A stretch of DNA of 58,787 nucleotides from assembly GCA_049967655.1 (NCBI GenBank), contig JBMFSH010000016.1, positions 1-58,787 on the forward strand, read 5' to 3'. The notes under the pieces were generated by a model. It saw only the letters and a program-made list of their open reading frames with translations, searched no databases and had not been told where the DNA came from. This DNA comes from Acidobacteriota bacterium (GTDB lineage Bacteria > Acidobacteriota > UBA4820 > DSQY01). Made by a program: the position numbers and the translations under genes. Of the stretch, positions 38,023 to 47,140 are shown piece by piece (within the stretch, counting starts at the first letter, position 1; each line of letters starts with the position of its first letter).

Positions 38023-40617
38023 ATGGCTCGGATTCGCGGCTTGAGGGTTCTTCTCCTGGTCCTTCTGGGTATGCTGGCGGGCGCGCCTCTCCTGGCCGGC
38101 GGCGGGCTCTCCCCGATCTGGACCTACAACCCGAACGAAACCATCCTGTTCGCACCCACCATCGGCTGGGACGGGTCCGTTTATTTCGCCACGGGCGACA
38201 GCCACATCCGCGGGCTATCCTCTTCAGGTGGACTGCTCTGGTCCGTAAACCCGGGCGGGCTGCCTTCCACGGGAATGGCTCTCGACGGGAACCTCCTCCT
38301 CTTCTCCACGAGCCAGGGGGAGTTGAACGCCTACGGGCTGGACGGCCATCTCGCCTGGCGGCTGCCCCTCCACGCCGACATCCGCGCCATTCCCGCGGTG
38401 GCCGCCGACGGCACGATCTATCTGGGCACGGTGGGCGGAAGCTTCTACGCCGTCCGCGGAACGGGCCAGATCGCCTGGTCTTACAAGACCAATGAACCGA
38501 TCCTCCAGAGCGCCGTCGTGGCGCACACGGGCACGATCTTCGTCTCCTCCTACACGCACCTGTGGGCCTTCAGCCCGCAGGGGGCCCTCCTCTGGTCGAG
38601 GCCCCTGGCCAAACCCCTGGCCACCCCCATCGCCCTCGACGGGAGCGATGATCTCTATTACATCGACTCCGGGGGCGCCGCGTGGTCGCTGAACCCGAGC
38701 GGCACCAAGCGCTGGATGGCCCCGGGCAGTTCGACGCTCGACACGAGCGCCTCCTCCCCGACCGTCTCCCAGGACGCGGTCTTCTTCAACGCCACGCTGT
38801 CGACGCCGCCCCCGGTCACCTACAGCATCTCCGGCACGATCACGGTCTCGGGCGGAGGCGCCCTTCAGGGCGTCACGGTCACGGCCACGGGCGGCTCCTC
38901 CTCTTCGCCCTCCGCCACCAGCGATTCCAGCGGCAACTACACGATCTCGGGGCTGGCCGACGGCACCTATACGCTGACCCCGGCGCTCTCCGGATACGCC
39001 TTCACGCCGGCCACGGCCAGCGTCACCGTGAGCGGCGCCAACGTCACCGGAAAGAATTTCGCCGCCTCGTTGGGCTACAGCATCTCGGGAACCGTCACCC
39101 TGAGCGGCGGTTCGGGGCTGGCGGGGGTCACGCTCTCCTCGGGGACGGGCGTCACCGCCACCACCGACTCCAGCGGCCTCTACACCCTGTCGCCCCTGCC
39201 CGTGGGCATCTACACGGTGACCCCCAGCCTGACCGGCTACACCTTCAGCCCCGCCTCGCTCAACGTGACGATCACCACGTCGAACGTGAGCGGGGAGAAT
39301 TTCACGGCGAGCGCCTCGAGCGGGGCCGCGGAGGGCCTCTCCGCGGAGACCGGGGCGGCGGCGGCCACCGAATCCACCACCGCGACTTACCAGTTCGGGG
39401 CCTACGACCCGGCGGACGGGACGGCCCTCTGGCCGGCGCTGACCATCGGGAGCAACTCAGCCCCGGCCCTCGCCTCGGACGGGACGGCTTGGGTGCCCAG
39501 CGCGGGGGACCAGAAGGTCTACCAGATCGACACCAGCTCGGGCTCCACGGTGAGCACGCTCTCGGCGCCCGCCGCGCCCCAGGACATGGTGCTGGCCGAT
39601 ACTTCGGCCGGTCCGCGCCTCTGCTTCGTGGCGGGAACCGAGCAGCTCCGCTGCTACGCCGTCTCCGCCGGCCCCGACGGCACCGCCCCCTGGAGCCAGC
39701 TCGGCGCGGGACCGCGCCACCTCTTCCGGCGGGACGACCCTCCCGCCGTCACGATCACCGAGCCCGCCGGCGGAGCGGTCTCGGGCGACGTGACCGTGTC
39801 CGCCGACGTGACGGACGACTTCCCCGCCGGGATGGTCGTCCGCTTCCTCGTGGACGGCACCCCCTTCGCCACCCTCAGCGCCACCCCCTACGCCGCCACC
39901 TGGTACAGCCAGGCCGCCACGGACGGCACCCACACCCTCTCGGTGCAGGCGAGGGACTCGGCGGGCAACGTGAGCCGGGCCGACGTGCAGGTGACCTCGA
40001 GCAACCCCTCGGGCGGCTTCACGGTCTACGCCGATTCGCCTCCCGTCCCCTTCTCCTGGCAGGCCGGCTCGGAGACGGCCTTCCGCGTGGAATTCTCGCT
40101 CTCCTCCTCCTTCTCGCCCCTGCTGGCCGACTCCAGGGAGCCGGGCCATCCCTGGCTGAAAAAGGCCAGCTGGCGGCCGGGGCAGGCCACGTGGAAGAAG
40201 ATCCTCCTCTCGGCCAAGGAGGCCACCACGGCGCCGACGGTCATCTATTGGCGCGTCGTCGGAAAGAGCGGAGACACCCTGGGCAGTGGCTCTTTCGACA
40301 TCGCCGCTCCCACCGCGCCCGACGGCCTCCAGCCGCCCGACGGGACCACCGCGTCGGGAGCTCCGACCTTCTCGTGGAACGCGGAGCACAGCCGGGCCTT
40401 CCGCGTGGAGGCGAGCCGCAGCGCCGACTTCTCCACGGGCGTCGTCCTGAGCAGCCGGAGCGCGGCGCACACCTGGCTTCACAAGGACACCTGGACCCCA
40501 GGCAACAAGGCTTGGAACAAGGCCGCATCGGGGACTTCGACGCTCTATTGGCGCGTGGTGGCCCGCGATGCCCTGGGACGGGAGACGACCAGCGCCACCA
40601 GCAGCCTCACCCTCTAG
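38023..40617 (+). CDS. Secreted multidomain protein: PQQ-like beta-propeller repeats, two carboxypeptidase-regulatory-like domains, Ig-like domain, duplicated Trp-rich C-terminal domain
   Basis: Signal peptide; PAVAADGTIY/G..W repeats; two YSISGT.T...T.DSSG.YT..L..G.YT.TP repeats; DGTHTLSVQARDSAGN. Confidence 0.85.
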   Translation: MARIRGLRVLLLVLLGMLAGAPLLAGGGLSPIWTYNPNETILFAPTIGWDGSVYFATGDSHIRGLSSSGGLLWSVNPGGLPSTGMALDGNLLLFSTSQGELNAYGLDGHLAWRLPLHADIRAIPAVAADGTIYLGTVGGSFYAVRGTGQIAWSYKTNEPILQSAVVAHTGTIFVSSYTHLWAFSPQGALLWSRPLAKPLATPIALDGSDDLYYIDSGGAAWSLNPSGTKRWMAPGSSTLDTSASSPTVSQDAVFFNATLSTPPPVTYSISGTITVSGGGALQGVTVTATGGSSSSPSATSDSSGNYTISGLADGTYTLTPALSGYAFTPATASVTVSGANVTGKNFAASLGYSISGTVTLSGGSGLAGVTLSSGTGVTATTDSSGLYTLSPLPVGIYTVTPSLTGYTFSPASLNVTITTSNVSGENFTASASSGAAEGLSAETGAAAATESTTATYQFGAYDPADGTALWPALTIGSNSAPALASDGTAWVPSAGDQKVYQIDTSSGSTVSTLSAPAAPQDMVLADTSAGPRLCFVAGTEQLRCYAVSAGPDGTAPWSQLGAGPRHLFRRDDPPAVTITEPAGGAVSGDVTVSADVTDDFPAGMVVRFLVDGTPFATLSATPYAATWYSQAATDGTHTLSVQARDSAGNVSRADVQVTSSNPSGGFTVYADSPPVPFSWQAGSETAFRVEFSLSSSFSPLLADSREPGHPWLKKASWRPGQATWKKILLSAKEATTAPTVIYWRVVGKSGDTLGSGSFDIAAPTAPDGLQPPDGTTASGAPTFSWNAEHSRAFRVEASRSADFSTGVVLSSRSAAHTWLHKDTWTPGNKAWNKAASGTSTLYWRVVARDALGRETTSATSSLTL

Positions 40618-40674
40618 GCGAAAGGGAGGATAGGGGTCGGCCGACGCTGGATCACATCGCCGACGGCCCCGTTA

Positions 40675-40936
40675 CCCAAATTCCGCGATGGAAACGCGGG
40701 TGCCTCCGGCTACCGCTCGGGTTCACGGGGGGAAAGGCGTTGTCTCCTGGACGGGGAGGGCCATTCCCTCCCCGCTCCACGGGCAAAGCCCGTGGAGCCT
40801 CACCCCACCCTTGGTGCCCTCTCGCCTTTGGCTCGAGGGCGCCCCAATCCCTTGATAGGTAACAAGGGCCTCTTCTTCAATGGCTTGCCCCGCCTGCTTT
40901 CCATGTTATTTCCCTCGTTCCATCGCGGGATTGGGG
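40675..40936. mobile_element. MITE-like element, copy B (262 bp) with 5-bp target duplication CGTTA
   Basis: Left end CCCAAATTCCGCGATGGAAACG, right end CGTTCCATCGCGGGATTGGGG; CGTTA at 40670-40674 and 40937-40941. Confidence 0.85.
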
Positions 40937-41272
40937 CGTTAGGAAGGCGAAGAAGACCAGTTTCTCCGGGGAGTCGTTGACCAGGCCGTGGGAGTGGCCC
41001 GCCTTGAGGAGGAAGCCGTCGCCCGGACCCACGGGAAAGGGCTCCCCATCCAGGTAGCCGGTGCCCCGGCCTTGAAGGACCAGGTAAAACTCCTCCGTGT
41101 CGGGATGGAGGTGCTGGCCGATGCTGGCCCCCGGCTGAAGGGTGATCCGGCTCGCCGCCAGGATGCCCCCCATCTCGCCCGCCGCCAGGTACTCCTGCTG
41201 AGCTGCTTCCCCCTTGCCGCCCCGGATGTTCCGCCGAAGCTCCACGGGGAGGTCCTTCAGATTTCGGATCAT
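40877..41272 (-). CDS. Cupin-domain protein; last ~19 codons and stop lie within the MITE
   Basis: NIRGGKG, LQPGASIGQHLH..TEEFY, GHSHGLVN. Confidence 0.85.
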   Translation of the reverse strand: MIRNLKDLPVELRRNIRGGKGEAAQQEYLAAGEMGGILAASRITLQPGASIGQHLHPDTEEFYLVLQGRGTGYLDGEPFPVGPGDGFLLKAGHSHGLVNDSPEKLVFFAFLTPQSRDGTREITWKAGGASH

Positions 41273-41318
41273 CGCTTATCCCCCTTTGCGTTGCCGGGTG
41301 AGGCCGCCCCGTGGCGCT

Positions 41319-42620
41319 TCACCCCTCCAGGGCCAGTATAAGGGGTTCTTCGAGCGCCTCGCAGATCCAGCGCAGGAAGCGCGCCGCGTCGGCTCCGTCG
41401 ATGAGCCGGTGGTCGTAGGAGAGGGAGAGGGGCAGGATGAGCCTCGGCACGAACTGACCCTCCCGCCAGACGGGCCGCATCTCCGATCGAGACACCCCCA
41501 GAATGGCCACCTGGGGCCAGTAGACGATGGGCGAGAAGGCGGTCCCCCCGATGCCTCCCAGGTTGGAGATCGTGAAGGTGCCCCCCTCCATCTCGTCGGG
41601 GGCGATCCGCTTGGTGCGCGCCCGCTCGGCCAAATCGGCCAGCTCCGACGAGAGGCGGGTGATGGACTTCCGGTCGGCGTCGCGCACGACAGGCACCAGG
41701 AGGCCGCGGTCCGTGTCCACGGCCACGCCCACGTGGACGTACTCCTTGAAGACGATCTCCTCCTGCGCGGCATCGAGGCTCGCGTTGAACTGGGGGAAGG
41801 CCCTGAGCGCGCTGGCCGCCACCTTCAGGAGGATGGCCGTCATGGTGAGCTTGCCGCCGGCCGCCTCCACCCGTCGGGCGTGCCGCTTGCGAAAGGCCTC
41901 CAGGTCGGTGACGTCGGCCTTGTCGTATTGAGTCACGCGCGGCGCCGCGAGCCAGGCCTGCGTCATGCTCTGGGCCGTGATCCTGCGGACCTTGCTCATG
42001 GGCTCCCGGCGGACGGCGCCCCAACGGGCGAAGTCCGGCAGGGGCGCCGAGGGGGCGGCCGAGCCGCCCGCGGAGAGCAGCGCCTTGGCGTGGCTCTTGA
42101 CGTCCTCCGCACAGATGCGCCCGCGTTCGCCGGTTCCCCTCACCTGGGCGATGTCCACTCCCAGCTCGCGGGCCAGCCGGCGCACCGAGGGGGCGGCGGG
42201 GGCGGCGGCGCGACCCACGGGAGGCTCCTCGCGCCCTTCGGAAGACGGGGCGGATGGTGGCGCGGGCCGCGGCGGGGGGAGAGCCGGAGCGGGAGTTGCT
42301 TCCGGCTCCCGGCCGGCGGAGGGAGGTTGGACGCGCGGTTCGGCCGCCGGGGCGGGAGGCTGGAGCGTGGTCTGGGGCGCGGCCTGTGTCTCCACGCGCA
42401 GGAGGACCTGCCCGACGGTGATGGCGTCGCCCGCCTTCACGAGGATCTCGCGCACGGTTCCGCCCTGAGGGGAGGGCAGCTCGAACATGGCCTTCTCCGT
42501 CTCCACCTCGAGCAGCGCCTGGTCGGCGCGGACCACGTCGCCCACGGCCACCAGGACCTTGACCACGTCGGCCTTCTGGATGTTCTCCGAGACCTCCGGC
42601 AGCCGGATTTCCTGAATCAT
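41319..42620 (-). CDS. aceF: Pyruvate dehydrogenase E2 (dihydrolipoamide acetyltransferase), single lipoyl domain
   Basis: EVETEKA lipoyl site, PSVRRLARELG, FTISNLGG, SYDHRLIDGA. Confidence 0.93.
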   Translation of the reverse strand: MIQEIRLPEVSENIQKADVVKVLVAVGDVVRADQALLEVETEKAMFELPSPQGGTVREILVKAGDAITVGQVLLRVETQAAPQTTLQPPAPAAEPRVQPPSAGREPEATPAPALPPPRPAPPSAPSSEGREEPPVGRAAAPAAPSVRRLARELGVDIAQVRGTGERGRICAEDVKSHAKALLSAGGSAAPSAPLPDFARWGAVRREPMSKVRRITAQSMTQAWLAAPRVTQYDKADVTDLEAFRKRHARRVEAAGGKLTMTAILLKVAASALRAFPQFNASLDAAQEEIVFKEYVHVGVAVDTDRGLLVPVVRDADRKSITRLSSELADLAERARTKRIAPDEMEGGTFTISNLGGIGGTAFSPIVYWPQVAILGVSRSEMRPVWREGQFVPRLILPLSLSYDHRLIDGADAARFLRWICEALEEPLILALEG

Positions 42621-42639
42621 CGCTCTGTCCCTCGCCTTC

Positions 42640-45339
42640 TCACACGGTGACCGGATTGGGCTTCTCGGGGTCGAGGCCCTGCTCCTTCATGGCCCTCTTC
42701 ACGAGGTCCGCCTTGACCTTCCCTTCCCGCGCCAGCAGGGAGAGGGCCGCCAGCGCGATGGCGCGGGCGTCCACCTCGAAGAACTCCCTCAGGGCCGGGC
42801 GGCCGTCGCTGCGCCCGAAGCCGTCGGTCCCGAGCGTCGCGAGGGGCGCCCGGATCCACCGGGCGATGGAGGCGGGCAGGGCCTTGACGTAGTCCGAGGC
42901 CGCAACGAAGACCCCATCCTCCCCCTCCAGCATCTCCCGCACGTAAGCGCGGCGCGGGGGCTCGCCGGGGTGGAGCAGGTTCCAGCGCTCGGCGTCCATG
43001 GCGTCCCTGTACAGCTCCTTGTAGCTCGTCACGCTCCAGACGTCGGCCGCCACGCCGTACCTCTCCTCCAGCAGGGCCGCCCCCTTCACGGCCTCGTTGA
43101 GGATGGTTCCGCTGCCCAGGAGGTGGGCTTTCGGGGCATGCGCTTTCGCGGAGGAGGAGGAGAAGCGGTAGAGCCCCCGGAGAATACCCGCCTTCGTGGA
43201 TTCCAGGCTCCCGTCGGGCCCCTTCGGCATGGGCGGCATCCTGTAGAACTCGTTCATGACCGTCAGGTAGTAGAAGAGGTTCTCCCCCTTGGCGACCATG
43301 CGCTCAATGCCGTCGCGCACGATGACCGCCAGCTCATAGGCGAAGGCGGGGTCGTAGGCCTTGAGGTTGGGCACGGTGTAGGCGAGCAGGTGGCTGTTGC
43401 CGTCCTGGTGCTGGAGCCCCTCGCCCGCCAGGGTCGTGCGGCCCGCCGTGCCGCCCACCAGGAAGCCCCTCGCGAGCATGTCGCCGGCGGCCCAGATGAG
43501 ATCGCCTATGCGCTGGAAGCCGAACATGGAGTAGTAGATGAAGAAGGGGATCATGGGGATGCCGTGGCTGGCGTAGGCGGTCCCCGCGGCGATGAAGGAG
43601 GCCATGGCCCCCGCCTCCGTGATGCCCTCCTCCAGGATGGCGCCGTCGGTGGCCTCCTTGTAGTAGAGCAGGCTCTCGCGGTCCACGGGCTCGTAGAGCT
43701 GGCCCGCGTGGGAGTAAATCCCGACCTGCCTGAAGAGGCTCTCCATGCCGAAGGTCCTGGCCTCGTCGGGCACGATCGGCACGATGAGCCGGCCCACGTC
43801 GGGATCCTTGAGCAGCTTGGCCATGAGGTGCACCAGGGCCATGGTGGTGGCCACCTCCCGCTCGCCCGTGCCCGCGTAGAACTCCTCGAAGAGCGACTCG
43901 GGCGGCGTCTTGTTGGGCGGTGCGGCGGCGATGCGCCGGGGCAGGTAGCCCCCGAGCTCCTCCCGCCGGGCCTTGAGGTAGCGGATCTCCTCGCTCTCCT
44001 CGGGCGGGCGGTAGAAGGGGGCCTCGGCCACCCGGTCGTCGGAGATGGGGATGCCGAAGCGGCTCCGAAACTCGCGCAGCTCCTCGTCGTTCAGCTTCTT
44101 CTGCTGGTGGGTGATGTTCTTGCCCTCGCCCGCCTCGCCCAGGCCGTAGCCCTTGATGGTCTTGGCCAGAATGACGGTGGGGGAGCCCGTATGCTCCACC
44201 GCCGTCTTGTAGGCGGCATAGACCTTTTCGGGGTCGTGGCCGCCGCGCCTCAGCTTGCGGAGCTGTTCGTCGGAGTAGGTGCCGACCAACTCCAGCAGCC
44301 GGGGGTCGGCACCGAAGAAGTCCTTGCGGATGTAAGCCCCGTCGGAGACGACGTACTTCTGGTACTGGCCGTCCACCACCTCGCCCATGCGCTGCACGAG
44401 GAGCCCCTCCGCGTCTTTCTCCAGGAGCGGGTCCCAGTCATCTCCCCAGATCACCTTGATGACGTTCCAGCCGGCTCCCCGGAAGGCCGCCTCCAGCTCC
44501 TGGATGATCTTGCCGTTGCCGCGAACGGGCCCGTCCAGCCGCTGGAGGTTGCAGCTCACCACCCAGATGAGGTTGTCCAGCTTCTCCCGGCTCGCCAGCG
44601 TGATGGCCCCCAGGCTCTCGGGCTCGTCCATCTCGCCGTCGCCCAGGAAGGCCCAGACCTTGGCGTCCGAGGCCGGCTTGAGGCCGCGGTCCACGAGGTA
44701 GTGGTTGAAGCGGGCCTGGTAGATGGAGAGGATGGGGCCCAGGCCCATGGAGACCGTGGAGAACTGCCAGAAGTCCGGCATCAGGTAGGGGTGCGGGTAG
44801 GAGGAGAGACCGCCCTCCGGCCGGCACTCGCGGCGGAAGCGGTGCAGGTCCTCCTCGCTCAGGCGCCCCTCCAGGAAGGCCCTCGCGTAGATGCCCGGCG
44901 AGGAGTGGCCCTGGAAGTAGACCATGTCGCCCTCCCGGCCTCCGTCGCGGCCCCGGAAGAAGTGGTTGAAGCCCACCTCGTAGAGCGTGGCGTCGGCCGC
45001 GTAGGTGGAGATGTGGCCGCCGATGCCGTGCTCCTCTCGGTTGGCCCTCACCACCATGGCCATGGCGTTCCAGCGGATGATGCTCTTGATCCGCCGCTCG
45101 ATCTCCCGGCTGCCCGGATAGGGCGGCTGCTGCTCCCGCGGGATGGTGTTGATGTAGGGTGTGTTGGCGGTGAAGTGGGGCTTCACGCCGTACTTGTGGG
45201 CTCGCACGTGCAGGTGCCAGAGCAGCTCCCGCACGCGCTCGGCTCCCTGGGATTGGTAGACGTAGTCCAGCGATTCCAGCCACTCGCGGTTCTCCGTCTC
45301 CCGAAGGTGCGAGGGACCCCTGGCGTCCTTCTCTCTCAT
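42640..45339 (-). CDS. aceE: Pyruvate dehydrogenase E1, homodimeric type
   Basis: IRWNAMAMV, QGHSSPGIYARA, GDGEMDEPE, NLQRLDGPVRGN, EGLQHQDG. Confidence 0.97.
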   Translation of the reverse strand: MREKDARGPSHLRETENREWLESLDYVYQSQGAERVRELLWHLHVRAHKYGVKPHFTANTPYINTIPREQQPPYPGSREIERRIKSIIRWNAMAMVVRANREEHGIGGHISTYAADATLYEVGFNHFFRGRDGGREGDMVYFQGHSSPGIYARAFLEGRLSEEDLHRFRRECRPEGGLSSYPHPYLMPDFWQFSTVSMGLGPILSIYQARFNHYLVDRGLKPASDAKVWAFLGDGEMDEPESLGAITLASREKLDNLIWVVSCNLQRLDGPVRGNGKIIQELEAAFRGAGWNVIKVIWGDDWDPLLEKDAEGLLVQRMGEVVDGQYQKYVVSDGAYIRKDFFGADPRLLELVGTYSDEQLRKLRRGGHDPEKVYAAYKTAVEHTGSPTVILAKTIKGYGLGEAGEGKNITHQQKKLNDEELREFRSRFGIPISDDRVAEAPFYRPPEESEEIRYLKARREELGGYLPRRIAAAPPNKTPPESLFEEFYAGTGEREVATTMALVHLMAKLLKDPDVGRLIVPIVPDEARTFGMESLFRQVGIYSHAGQLYEPVDRESLLYYKEATDGAILEEGITEAGAMASFIAAGTAYASHGIPMIPFFIYYSMFGFQRIGDLIWAAGDMLARGFLVGGTAGRTTLAGEGLQHQDGNSHLLAYTVPNLKAYDPAFAYELAVIVRDGIERMVAKGENLFYYLTVMNEFYRMPPMPKGPDGSLESTKAGILRGLYRFSSSSAKAHAPKAHLLGSGTILNEAVKGAALLEERYGVAADVWSVTSYKELYRDAMDAERWNLLHPGEPPRRAYVREMLEGEDGVFVAASDYVKALPASIARWIRAPLATLGTDGFGRSDGRPALREFFEVDARAIALAALSLLAREGKVKADLVKRAMKEQGLDPEKPNPVTV

Positions 45340-45534
45340 GGTTTCGTACCCTCTCTGTCCGTGGCCTCTCCACCCATCATAGCCGAAGCCGCCGCCCCTT
45401 GGCACCCGGGCGGACCCTTTCGCCGCTCTTCAACGGCGGAAACCGGGCTGGCGGGCTGGGGCGCGGGCGCGAGGCCGCATTCCCGTGCTAACAGCGCCGG
45501 GAGCGGGATTGTTTCCCGGGCCCTGGTGAAGACG

Positions 45535-45630
45535 GCGATGGGGCGATGAAGCAATTAGGCGATGAAGCGATTAAGCGATGAAGCGATTAAGCGATGAAGC
45601 GATGAAGCGATGAAGCGATGAAGGGATGAG
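45535..45630. repeat. Tandem octamer array, 12 units, consensus GCGATGAA (variants GCGATTAA, GCAATTAG)
   Basis: Counted directly from the sequence. Confidence 0.9.
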
Positions 45631-45666
45631 GGTACCGCCTCCGCTGCGCCGTGTCTTCCCGCCCCG

Positions 45667-46530
45667 TCACCGCCGGCCGCCCGACCCGCCGGGGCCCTGA
45701 GGGCCGCCCGCCCCGCCTGGACCGCCGCGCTGACCCGGGCCTCCAGGACCGACCGCGGGGCCCGAGCCCATGCCCCGGCCGGGACCACCGGGGCCCCGGC
45801 CCATTCCGCCCCCCATGCCGGGGCCGCGCAGTCCCGCGTCGCGGGCCCATCCCCGGGCGAGATCCGAGGGCGCCTTGCCCTTGGCGGCGGCTTGGGCGAT
45901 GGCCTTCAGAATCTCGTCGTTCTGCATGCCGCAGCGGCGGCCCACCAGGATGGTCCACGGCAGGCGCAGGAGCTCCTCGTCGGGCAGGTTGCCGGGCATG
46001 GCCGCCAGAAGGCCGTGGGCCGAGGTGCTGCTCAGACCGATGGCGCGAAGGTGAGCCAGGCTGTGGGCCCCGGCCAGCACGCGCTCCAGCCGGTCCGTCT
46101 TGAGCTCGCCGGCCAGATGGGTGAGGTCCTCCGGCGTGATGGGGCCGAGCGTCAGGGCGTCGGCCATCTCTTCCACCGGGCTCCAGCCCTCCGAAACCCC
46201 GCCGCCCTTGAGCCCCTGGGCCTTGAGGCCGTCCACCAGGACCCGGGCGGTGCGCGTCTCCTCCAGCAGGAAGGAGGCCCTCATCTTGATCCGCTCGGGA
46301 GGAGCCCCCTTGGAGAGGCACTCCACCATCCGGTCCACGTACCGGGCCGTGGGGAGCCCCTCCTGCTGGAGCTGGTCGAGGCCGGACAGGACGGGCATCA
46401 GCGCCGACTCGTCCAGGTGCGAGCGCTGGGCCGCCGCTTCCAGGCGCGAGAGGCCGCCGGGGGCCTCCGGCCCGGCCGCCGCCGCCGTCCCCACGATCAC
46501 CAAAAGTGCGAGCCAAGCGAGCTTTCGCAT
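45667..46530 (-). CDS. Hypothetical exported helical protein with Gly/Met/Arg-rich tail
   Basis: Signal peptide MRKLAWLALLVIVGTAAAA; starts 1 nt after the anti-sigma stop. Confidence 0.75.
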   Translation of the reverse strand: MRKLAWLALLVIVGTAAAAGPEAPGGLSRLEAAAQRSHLDESALMPVLSGLDQLQQEGLPTARYVDRMVECLSKGAPPERIKMRASFLLEETRTARVLVDGLKAQGLKGGGVSEGWSPVEEMADALTLGPITPEDLTHLAGELKTDRLERVLAGAHSLAHLRAIGLSSTSAHGLLAAMPGNLPDEELLRLPWTILVGRRCGMQNDEILKAIAQAAAKGKAPSDLARGWARDAGLRGPGMGGGMGRGPGGPGRGMGSGPAVGPGGPGQRGGPGGAGGPQGPGGSGGRR

Positions 46531-46531
46531 G

Positions 46532-47140
46532 TCAGAGCCTCAGTACGGCGTTCTGGTGGCCCAGGCCGTCGGGGCGCAGCTCCACCGCCATCGGATCGGT
46601 CTCGTAGCGAGTGCCGTCCACCAGGAAGAGGTACTCGTACCGGCCGGGAGGAAGCTTCACCTGCAAGGACCAGTTCCCGTCTCCGCCCCGGACCATGGGC
46701 GCCTTTCGGGGGTCCCAATCGTTGAAGGAGCCGACCAGGGCCACGGAGGTCGCCTGGGGGTCATAGTAGGCGAAGGTCACCGACACCAGCTTGCCCTTCG
46801 GGGGCGAGCCGGCGGCCCTGGCCAGCTCCGCAGGGCTGGCCGGCGGGGCAGCCGGCGCGAGGGGGACCGACCGCCGGGCCACGAGCACCCACACCCCCGC
46901 GAGGATCCCGGCCAGCACTCCCAGGGTCGCGAGCCGGTAACCCCACACGAAGCCTGGCCGGTCGAGGCGCCGGAGGAGGCTGAGCTTCCACGGCGGTCTC
47001 GGGGCCGGCATCCTGGCCAGCTCCCCCGCGATGCGGCCAGCCAACCCCTCGGGGGGAAGGTCGTGGGAGAGCCCGCGGAGCCGCTCTTCCAGCGGCCCCC
47101 GCCCGCCCTGGCCGTACTCGCTCCCCCGAAGCGCGCTCAT
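46532..47140 (-). CDS. Putative anti-sigma factor with C-terminal CBM48/AMPK-type glycogen-binding domain
   Basis: Single TM; VALVGSFNDW..PM..GNWSLQVKLPPGRYEYLFLVDG..DP..DGLG.QNAVL; ATGA overlap with the sigma gene. Confidence 0.8.
   Translation of the reverse strand: MSALRGSEYGQGGRGPLEERLRGLSHDLPPEGLAGRIAGELARMPAPRPPWKLSLLRRLDRPGFVWGYRLATLGVLAGILAGVWVLVARRSVPLAPAAPPASPAELARAAGSPPKGKLVSVTFAYYDPQATSVALVGSFNDWDPRKAPMVRGGDGNWSLQVKLPPGRYEYLFLVDGTRYETDPMAVELRPDGLGHQNAVLRL

Noticed and set aside
45535..45630. Octamer array as a CRISPR array
   Set aside because: No unique spacers, unit too short, no cas genes in the window
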